DNA from: Bacteroidaceae bacterium
GTDB lineage: Bacteria; Bacteroidota; Bacteroidia; Bacteroidales; Bacteroidaceae
Length of the DNA stretch: 63,035 nucleotides
Direction: 5' to 3'
Assembly (NCBI GenBank): GCA_045599425.1
Contig: JAZRVZ010000167.1
Location: 1 to 63,035 of the forward strand
In this document: positions 56,326-63,035 of the stretch, piece by piece
Layout of the letters: each line of letters opens with the position of its first letter
Numbering within the stretch: position 1 is the first letter of the stretch
Program-made: the position numbers and the translations under genes
Notes under the pieces: model-generated
Told to the model about the DNA's origin: nothing
The model's database searches: none
What the model saw: only the letters and a program-made list of their open reading frames with translations

Positions 56326-57045
56326 TTACTTCAGGGTACCCTCGTTGGCAGCCTTGATCATCTCGTCGCTGGCGTACAGGTAAACCTCTACGCGACGGCT
56401 GGCCTTCTGGTCCTCCTTGCCGTCAGCCTTGTAGATCAGGTACTCGGGGTTCTCACCGAAACCGGTAGCGGTCTTGATCTGACGGGTGCTGACGCCGCAC
56501 TTGCCGGTCAGGTAGTTGCTGACAGAGTTGGCACGCTGCTGGCTCAGGGTCAGGTTGGTGGCATCAGAACCGTCGCTGCTGGCAAAGCCGTAGATGTTCA
56601 CGTCACAGTCGGTGTAAACCTTCAGTACGTTGTCGGCGAACTTCTTCAGGCTGGCCTGGGCAGCGCTCTGCAGGTCGCTCTTGCCTACGGTGAAGAGAAT
56701 GCCATTGTCGAAGGTTACCTTTACGCCCTCCAGGCCATTGGCATCGGTGAAGGTCTCAGCCTCTGCGATGGCAGCGGCAGCAGCCTTGGCACGATCCATC
56801 TTCTTGCCGATCAGGGCACCTGCGGTTGCACCTGCGGCTACACCTGCACCTGCACCGATGGCAGCACCGAGCTTGGCGCCCTTCTTGCCATTAACCAGTG
56901 CACCGATACCGGCACCGATACCGGCACCTGCAGCACCACCTGCAGCACCACCGATCATGCCACCCTTGGCAGCATTGGTCAGGTTACAACCCTCGAGCAA
57001 CATACTGGCGCAAAGAACGCCAAGAATCATTTTCATACCTTTCAT
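56326..57045 (-). CDS. OmpA-family lipoprotein with glycine-zipper N-terminal region
   Basis: Lipobox LLEGC, a GxxxG-rich glycine zipper, and an OmpA C-terminal domain (..[25 protein letters not shown]...G......GFGE..P........NRRVEV). Confidence 0.8.
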   Translation of the reverse strand: MKGMKMILGVLCASMLLEGCNLTNAAKGGMIGGAAGGAAGAGIGAGIGALVNGKKGAKLGAAIGAGAGVAAGATAGALIGKKMDRAKAAAAAIAEAETFTDANGLEGVKVTFDNGILFTVGKSDLQSAAQASLKKFADNVLKVYTDCDVNIYGFASSDGSDATNLTLSQQRANSVSNYLTGKCGVSTRQIKTATGFGENPEYLIYKADGKEDQKASRRVEVYLYASDEMIKAANEGTLK

Positions 57046-57274
57046 AATCTTTCTGTATAAATTGGTTTGTTTTGTATCGCTATCCGCTAAAATATGCCAC
57101 AAAGTTACGGATTTTTTCTTAATACCTTATATCATTAGCCTTTTTTTTAGTAATTTTGCACACAGAACGGAAGAATATAACAAATTTTCATACGGTTTTG
57201 CGGTTTTTGGCAGCAAATGTAATGTCGCAGGGCCGGTGCAACGCGTAAATATAATAAGAATAAATACCCGAAAA

Positions 57275-58756
57275 ATGGCAAAAGAATTGGATTTCCTCAC
57301 AAAGAGGAGTACTGACTACTCAAAGTGGTATAACGAACTGGTGGTGAAGGCCGACCTGGCAGAGCAGGCCGACGTGCGTGGCTGTATGGTCATCAAGCCC
57401 TACGGCTATGCCATCTGGGAGAAGATGCAGCGTGTGCTGGATGACATGTTCAAGGAGACCGGTGTGCAGAACGCCTACTTCCCCCTGCTCATCCCCAAGA
57501 GCTTCCTTAGCCGTGAGGCTGAGCATGTGGAGGGTTTCGCCAAGGAGTGTGCCGTGGTGACCCACTACCGCCTGAAGACGAACGAGACCCACGACGGCGT
57601 GATCGTGGATCCCGCTGCCAGGCTGGAAGAGGAGCTGATCATCCGTCCCACCAGCGAGACCATCATCTGGAATACCTTCAAGAACTGGATTCACTCCTAC
57701 CGCGACCTGCCCCTGCTGGTCAACCAGTGGTGCAACGTGATGCGCTGGGAGATGCGTACCCGCCTGTTCCTGCGCACCAGCGAGTTCCTGTGGCAGGAGG
57801 GCCATACCGCACATGCCACCCGTGAGGAGGCCGAGGCGCGTGCCCAGCAGATGCTGAAGGTGTATGCCAACTTTGCCGAGAAGTACATGGCTGTACCCGT
57901 CGTGCAGGGCGTGAAGAGCGAGACCGAGCGCTTCGCCGGTGCACTGGACACCTACACCATCGAGGCCATGATGCAGGACGGCAAGGCCCTGCAGAGCGGT
58001 ACCAGCCACTTCCTGGGCCAGAACTTCGGCAAGGCCTTTGACGTGACCTTCATGGACGAGCAGAACCAGCAGCAGTATGCCTGGGCTACCTCGTGGGGTG
58101 TAAGTACCCGACTGATGGGTGCCCTCATCATGACCCACTCCGATGACAACGGTCTCGTGCTGCCTCCCGCCCTGGCTCCCATCCAGGTTGTCATCGTACC
58201 CATCTACAAGAGCGCCGAGCAGCTGGCCACCGTGGATGCCGCCGTGGCTCCCATTGTGGAGCAGCTGAAGAAGCTGGGCATTACCGTGAAGTACGACAAC
58301 GCCGACAACAAGCGTCCCGGATTCAAGTTTGCCGACTATGAGCTGAAGGGTGTGCCCGTACGCCTCGTGCTGGGTGCGCGCGACCTGGAGAACGGTACCG
58401 TGGAGGTGATGCGCCGTGATACCCTGGAGAAGGAGACCCGTCCCCTGGAGGGCATCGTGGAATATGTTCAGGGCTTGCTGGATGACATCCAGGCCAATAT
58501 CTTTGAGAAGGCCAAAAAGTTCCGCGACGAGCATATCTACGAGTGCGACGACTACGAGGAGTTCAAGAAGCGCGTCAAGGACGGCGGTTTCTTCCTCTGT
58601 CACTGGGACGGTACGGCCGAGACCGAGGCTCAGATCAAGGCCGAGACGCAGGCAACCATCCGTTGCGTGCCCTTCGGCGTGGAGCAGACTCCCGGTGTGG
58701 ATATGGTCAGCGGAAAGCCCAGCGTGGCCCGTGTCCTCATTGCCCGTAGCTACTAA
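57275..58756 (+). CDS. proS: proline--tRNA ligase (archaeal/eukaryote-like class II, 493 aa)
   Basis: [30 protein letters not shown]...[14 protein letters not shown] and class II motifs. The ORF-track extension from 56630 is antisense to the OmpA gene and is rejected. Confidence 0.92.
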   Translation: MAKELDFLTKRSTDYSKWYNELVVKADLAEQADVRGCMVIKPYGYAIWEKMQRVLDDMFKETGVQNAYFPLLIPKSFLSREAEHVEGFAKECAVVTHYRLKTNETHDGVIVDPAARLEEELIIRPTSETIIWNTFKNWIHSYRDLPLLVNQWCNVMRWEMRTRLFLRTSEFLWQEGHTAHATREEAEARAQQMLKVYANFAEKYMAVPVVQGVKSETERFAGALDTYTIEAMMQDGKALQSGTSHFLGQNFGKAFDVTFMDEQNQQQYAWATSWGVSTRLMGALIMTHSDDNGLVLPPALAPIQVVIVPIYKSAEQLATVDAAVAPIVEQLKKLGITVKYDNADNKRPGFKFADYELKGVPVRLVLGARDLENGTVEVMRRDTLEKETRPLEGIVEYVQGLLDDIQANIFEKAKKFRDEHIYECDDYEEFKKRVKDGGFFLCHWDGTAETEAQIKAETQATIRCVPFGVEQTPGVDMVSGKPSVARVLIARSY

Positions 58757-58765
58757 TCCTGATTT

Positions 58766-60073
58766 GTGCAAAAGGTAGGTTCCATACTCTCGCTCTTTGC
58801 TGCTGAGGAGATTCCCGCAGCAATGATAACCTTTGTATCCCTGCTTTTGTTCCTGCAGACGGGAAACACTCCGGCCCTATCGGTGTGTTTCTCGTCTCTC
58901 TTGTTCCTGCCCTGGGTGCTCAAGTCCTTCCTGCGCGAGAAGGTCCGTAGCCGTGCCCGCTTCCGTCGTGCCCTGCAATGGAGCGAGCTGCTCATGGTGC
59001 TTTGCCTCGTGTTCCTGGGGCTGGCCCTCAATCCGTCGTCCTCCATGTTCCGTCTGGCCGGACTGGTACGGGGCAGCGGATTCGGCATTTTCCTCCTGCT
59101 CTTCCTGCTCTCCCTCCTGACGGCCTGGCACGAACTGGCGGCCCGCATGTACTACGAGCGCATGCTCCGCCCCAGCCTCCAGCGTTTCTACAACGGACCG
59201 AAGATGCTGGTGTCCCAGGTGATGGTGGTGTTTACCTACGGTCTGCTCATCATCTTCGTGGGCACGCTGCAGGTACTCAGCCGCAGTATTTTCATGGCCT
59301 GGTCCATGGGTATGCTCTTCACCGCCCTTGTGCTGTCCGTGTTCTTCGTCTTCCACCTGTTCTCCCTGCAGGTCTGTCCTGTGGGCGAGGGGTCGCGTTC
59401 GGGATCCGTGCTGCATGCCGTGAGGAAGGAACTGCATATCCTGGAGCGTGTGCGCCGGCGAAAGGGATGGTACCGTCCCGTCCTTCTGCTCTTCGTCCTC
59501 TTGCTGCCACAGTCCCTGATGTTCTACAGCCGTGTCCTGTATTTCCTCTTCCCGGAGGCCGACGGTGGTCTGGGACGCAGCATCCAGGATGTGGGCTTTG
59601 CCCAGGGCGTTGTGGGCGTGATAGCCTTCTGCCTGGGAATTTCGCTGGGCAGACGCATGGTTCACAATGACGCGGAGCGCGAACGCCGGGCCATGCCCTG
59701 TCTCATGTTCCTGCTTACCCTCTCACCCTTCGTCTATGTGGGACTCACCTGCATGTCTTCGCCTCTGCTGTGGCAGCTGTCCGTGGCAACCTCACTGGCG
59801 CAGTTCTGCTTCGGCTTCGGTCTGAATGCCTGCCATCCGTTCGTGCAGGAAATCAGCGGCGGACGCTACCGCAATACCATCAACTACCTCTACGTGCCAC
59901 TCGTTGCAACGGTCATGATCGTGCCCATGCTGCTGAGCGGCTGGATGGTCGAGTGCCTGGGATTCAGCCGTTTCTTCCTGCTTGATGCCCTGACGGCTCC
60001 GGTGGCCTGGCTTGTCCTTGTCCTTTGCCGCAGGCAGATTCCGGCTGTCCAGCCTCCTGTTTCCAACCCATAA
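58766..60073 (+). CDS. divergent AmpG-like MFS membrane protein
   Basis: Polytopic membrane protein. Its N-terminus (LFAAEEIPAAMITFVSLLLF...LLFLPWVLKSF) aligns with the downstream AmpG (YFAEAVPYMAVMTLSVIMY...WLYLPWVIKPL). It uses a GTG start. Confidence 0.6.
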   Translation: MQKVGSILSLFAAEEIPAAMITFVSLLLFLQTGNTPALSVCFSSLLFLPWVLKSFLREKVRSRARFRRALQWSELLMVLCLVFLGLALNPSSSMFRLAGLVRGSGFGIFLLLFLLSLLTAWHELAARMYYERMLRPSLQRFYNGPKMLVSQVMVVFTYGLLIIFVGTLQVLSRSIFMAWSMGMLFTALVLSVFFVFHLFSLQVCPVGEGSRSGSVLHAVRKELHILERVRRRKGWYRPVLLLFVLLLPQSLMFYSRVLYFLFPEADGGLGRSIQDVGFAQGVVGVIAFCLGISLGRRMVHNDAERERRAMPCLMFLLTLSPFVYVGLTCMSSPLLWQLSVATSLAQFCFGFGLNACHPFVQEISGGRYRNTINYLYVPLVATVMIVPMLLSGWMVECLGFSRFFLLDALTAPVAWLVLVLCRRQIPAVQPPVSNP

Positions 60074-60086
60074 AATTCAATATTCA

Positions 60087-61346
60087 ATGTCCCTGTTACG
60101 CAATCCATACGCCTGGGTTCCCTCGCTCTACTTTGCCGAGGCTGTTCCCTATATGGCAGTCATGACGCTCAGCGTCATCATGTACACCAACCTGGACCTG
60201 TCCAATACCGAACTGGCCCTCTACACCTCGTGGCTCTACCTGCCCTGGGTCATCAAGCCGCTGTGGAGTCCCCTGGTGGATTCCCTGCGTACGAAGCGCT
60301 GGTGGATCGTGGCCATGCAACTGCTCTCCGGTGCGGCCCTTGCGGCCGTGGCACTGACGCTGCAGACGGATTGGTGGCTCAAGGGATCACTTGGCTTCTT
60401 CTGGCTCATGGCCTTTGGCAGTGCGACGCACGACATTGCGGCCGACGGTTTCTATATCCTCGGCCTGGACGATCGTCAGCAGGCACTCTTCGTCGGCATC
60501 CGCAGTACCGCCTACCGTGTCGGCATGATCTTCTGCCAGGGACTGATCGTGGTGCTGGCCGGCTATCTCAGCGAACACTATGGGGTTTCCCTGGGCTGGA
60601 CCATCACCATGCTTCTTCTGGCCGTGGTCATGATGCTGCTTTCCGCCTGGCACACCCTCTCCGTACCCAGGGTGGAGGAGAAGGGTGGTCAGGATGAACA
60701 GGTAGGCGCAGGTGGCGTGTTCAGGGGATTCTGGCTGACAATCAAGACTTTTGTCGGCAAGCCCCACCTGCTGACCGCCATTCTCTTCATGCTCCTCTTC
60801 CGCTTTCCCGAGGCTCAGCTGGCCAAGATGGCCCAGCCCTTCATGCTGCGTGGTGTCAGCGAGGGTGGTCTGGAACTCAGTACGATGGACGTTGGTGTGG
60901 CCTACGGAACCATTGGTGTCATCGGACTGCTCCTGGGTGGCATCGTGGGCGGCATACTTGTTTCCCGCAACGGGCTTCGCCGATGGTGGTGGCCCATGGT
61001 GATGGCCATCTCCGTGCCCGACCTTGTCTACGTCTACTTCGCCCTCTGCCAGCCCACCAACCTATACCTTATTTATATAGGTGTAGCACTGGAGCAGTTG
61101 GGCTATGGCTTCGGCTTCACGGCCTACAGCCTTTTCCTGGTCTATTTCTCCCGTGGCGAGCGCAGCACCAGTGTCTTCAGCCTCTGCACCGCCCTTCAGG
61201 CCCTGGGCATGATGCTGCCCGGCATGATGGCCGGCTGGCTGGCCGATCAGCTTGGCTTCACCCTCTTCTTCACCTTCGTCGTTGTCTGCTGCCTGATCAC
61301 CTTTGCCGTCAGCGCTATGGTGAAGCTGCCGAAGGAGAGTAGGTAA
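60087..61346 (+). CDS. ampG: AmpG-family MFS muropeptide permease
   Basis: NPYAWVPSLYFAEAVPY...LYLPWVIKPLWSPLVD...ATHDIAADGFYI are AmpG signatures. Confidence 0.75.
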   Translation: MSLLRNPYAWVPSLYFAEAVPYMAVMTLSVIMYTNLDLSNTELALYTSWLYLPWVIKPLWSPLVDSLRTKRWWIVAMQLLSGAALAAVALTLQTDWWLKGSLGFFWLMAFGSATHDIAADGFYILGLDDRQQALFVGIRSTAYRVGMIFCQGLIVVLAGYLSEHYGVSLGWTITMLLLAVVMMLLSAWHTLSVPRVEEKGGQDEQVGAGGVFRGFWLTIKTFVGKPHLLTAILFMLLFRFPEAQLAKMAQPFMLRGVSEGGLELSTMDVGVAYGTIGVIGLLLGGIVGGILVSRNGLRRWWWPMVMAISVPDLVYVYFALCQPTNLYLIYIGVALEQLGYGFGFTAYSLFLVYFSRGERSTSVFSLCTALQALGMMLPGMMAGWLADQLGFTLFFTFVVVCCLITFAVSAMVKLPKESR

Positions 61347-61409
61347 TTCTTCTGGGAGATTCCTTTTGGAGGTGGTTTCTATTCTGTCAACTGTATGGCC
61401 TGCCCTTTC

Positions 61410-61478
61410 GGCTTCATCCTCTTCTTCGGCTTCGTCGTTGTCTGCTGCCTGATCACCTTTGCCGTCAGTTGGCGGTAA
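61410..61478 (+). pseudogene. duplicated fragment of the ampG 3' end
   Basis: Positions 61410-61468 match 61254-61312 at 55 of 59 bases, with the last 37 identical. The fragment would encode an alternative C-terminus ..GFVVVCCLITFAVSWR followed by a stop. Confidence 0.7.
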
Positions 61479-61551
61479 AGCTACCTGAGCAGGGGAGATA
61501 GCTGTTTCGGCTGGCCGTACAGCCCTGCCTCTATACTTGTAAACCATGCAA

Positions 61552-61859
61552 TTTTACCTTCACTTCCTTCACTATGCATGTAACATATTGTATAATAGAA
61601 TGATAACGCGTGAAGGATGGCGTGAAGGCAGCGTGAAGGAAGTGAAGGATGGCAGTTTGGGCGTAAGCGTAATGAAGGCAAGACACGAATACACTAAATT
61701 TGAAATAGGGATAAGTCTAAATCCATTCAACTTTTTTCAGGGCAAGACACACAGTGAAGGGAGTGAAGGAAGCGTGAAGGATAAAAATGGGTCAACCTTC
61801 ACGCGTAACATGCAAATAATAAGCATGATAAATGGTGCGTGAAGGAAGTGAAGGTAAAA
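61552..61859. repeat. 308-bp GTGAAGG-rich element bounded by perfect 21-bp inverted repeats
   Basis: TTTTACCTTCACTTCCTTCAC (61552-61572) is the exact reverse complement of 61839-61859. There is a nested inner IR ACGCGTGAAGG/CCTTCACGCGT (about 61614 and 61797), at least 9 GTGAAGG units, and an internal TAAATTTG -7 box at 61695-61702. Confidence 0.8.
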
Positions 61860-62176
61860 AACAATACTTTTGTTGTTTTATGGCGAAAGTCGGTTCATAT
61901 CAGGTTCTTGTCTGGTTTCCGGAAAAGACGGCGGTTGTCTTCGGATAATCAAAAGGTCATAATATCAAACATATACGCAGGATTTCACCTGCCAACCTTA
62001 GGCTGGTAGGTGAAGTCGATAGCATGACTTGAGCTTCCCGATAGCAGGACTTGCCCGCCCTGGACTTAATTGAAACTGAAAAGGTTTTATGTGCTTCATG
62101 GGCTGAGTATATGCTTGTTTTGACTGGTTTGGTGCAAATTGTTCTGGTACTTGCTCCATCCTATCTGTATTTTTAC

Positions 62177-62184
62177 TATCTTTG
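62177..62184 (+). promoter_or_regulatory. -7 box TATCTTTG upstream of the PAP2 gene (second candidate TAAATTTG at 62242-62249)
   Basis: Two TAnnTTTG matches lie 93 and 28 nt upstream of the ATG at 62277. Confidence 0.4.
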
Positions 62185-62276
62185 TAGGGCAGGAACGGTT
62201 TGCCGTGACCTTGCTGAACTCATTAGACACTTACCTATAGATAAATTTGATTGCTTGCTTAATTGATAGATTGCTC

Positions 62277-62822
62277 ATGAAACGAATCATGTTTTTTTTG
62301 CTCGGCCTGCTCATGACAGGGATTGGTGCGGTGAATGCCCAGTCCAGGTTTGTGCAGCGCTCCACCGACGTGCTGTGTCTTGTGCCCTCGGCCACCGGTC
62401 TGGTGAAGGCCATCGTGGAGAAGGACAGGAAGGGCATCCTGCAGCTGGGCCTGGGCAGTGCCACCACCCTGGCTGTGAACTATGGCCTGGAGGCAGCCGT
62501 CAGGAAGGACCGGCCCGACGGAACGGGCCATCATGCCTTTCCCAGCACCCACACCGCCGTGGCCTTCAACGGTGCCTCGTTCCTCCTCCGCCGCTATGGC
62601 TGGAAGTGGGGTGTTCCTGCATACGCCGTGTCCGCATACGTGGCCTGGGGACGCGTACATGCCAGGCGTCATGACTGGTGGGACGTGCTGGGCGGTGCGG
62701 CCATCGGTGCGGGCAGTGCCTTCATCTACACCCGTCCGTTTGTCAGGAACGTGGATCTGTCCATCTCGCCTGCCAGCTTCGGTACGGATGCCTGCGGCCT
62801 GATGGCCACGCTGCAGTTCTGA
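62277..62822 (+). CDS. PAP2-family (acid/lipid) phosphatase
   Basis: Signal peptide ..AVNA|QS. PAP2 motifs are KDRPDG (K..RP), PSTH (PSGH) and GRVHARRHDWWDV (SR....H...D). Confidence 0.8.
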   Translation: MKRIMFFLLGLLMTGIGAVNAQSRFVQRSTDVLCLVPSATGLVKAIVEKDRKGILQLGLGSATTLAVNYGLEAAVRKDRPDGTGHHAFPSTHTAVAFNGASFLLRRYGWKWGVPAYAVSAYVAWGRVHARRHDWWDVLGGAAIGAGSAFIYTRPFVRNVDLSISPASFGTDACGLMATLQF

Positions 62823-62896
62823 TCCACAATTCACAACGAAGTGACAAGGCCATGCAGGGGTGATGCCACGGGCCAGCTGACTCCCTGCATCAAAAA

Positions 62897-62928
62897 GAGG
62901 CCGTGTCAAAAGTAGCTGACACGGCCTC
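62897..62928. terminator. 12-bp-stem hairpin, probably bidirectional
   Basis: GAGGCCGTGTCA-aaagtagc-TGACACGGCCTC. A T5 run follows on the minus strand and a weak T-run on the plus strand. Confidence 0.6.
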
Positions 62929-63035
62929 TGGTTGGCTTTACACATTAGGTTTCTATAAGAGGTCGCATTTTTAGGCAACTATTCTAAAATTGTGATTATT
63001 AGCCCGGGCAAGCATTATATGAGGCCCATTGGGCT

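Noticed and set aside
56630-57274. A 215-aa N-terminal extension of the proS ORF.
   Set aside because: It is Ala/Pro-rich and antisense to the OmpA-family gene. The canonical ProRS N-terminus [19 protein letters not shown] begins at 57275.
61546-61842. A 98-aa ORF inside the IR-bounded GTGAAGG element.
   Set aside because: The translation (..REGWREGSVKEVKDG..SEGSEGSVKD..) just reflects the heptamer repeats. The region is better explained as a non-coding repeat element.

Overview
This is a 63-kb chromosomal window from a Bacteroidota genome, order Bacteroidales, most consistent with Prevotellaceae. The taxonomic call rests on TAnnTTTG -7 promoter boxes before most operons, A|Q signal-peptide cleavage contexts, T9SS C-terminal sorting tails and a tmRNA tag GENTYALAA. 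All family calls come from motif recognition by eye; no searches were run. Layout from left to right: (1) A porin-like outer-membrane gene, an AICAR-transformylase-only PurH-like gene and tmRNA (ssrA). (2) A ~20-kb Wzx/Wzy-type exopolysaccharide locus at 4.3-25.7 kb, made of two convergent operons. It encodes a long Wza/SLBB exporter, Wzz, an EpsG polymerase-like protein, several glycosyltransferases, an acetyltransferase, Wzx, a TupA-like ATP-grasp amidoligase, a beta-helix protein, a WecA/MraY-type initiating transferase, Wzi, Wzc and a degenerate sugar-transferase homologue. (3) The housekeeping genes zapA and rny. (4) A 17.4-kb block (29.6-47.0 kb) of four giant paralogous T9SS-cargo genes. 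These are built from shuffled beta modules I cannot assign to any family, joined by helical spacers. The block has RNase P RNA and an orphan short Wza gene in its middle and is bracketed by two related 22-bp tandem-repeat arrays. (5) htrA, then rpoD packed tightly against an uncharacterised HprK-like kinase / Ser-His S24-S26 peptidase / PqqD (RRE-like) cluster. (6) A TRIC channel gene, a DUF5103 (T9SS plug-like) gene, a DUF1460 gene, mtgA, an OmpA-family gene, proS, two tandem AmpG-like MFS genes, a 308-bp element bounded by perfect 21-bp inverted repeats, and a PAP2 phosphatase gene. I saw no integrase, transposase, reverse transcriptase, CRISPR array or recognisable defence genes. The most novel-looking content is the giant T9SS paralogue block with its repeat architecture, followed by the precursor-less HprK/S26/PqqD cluster.
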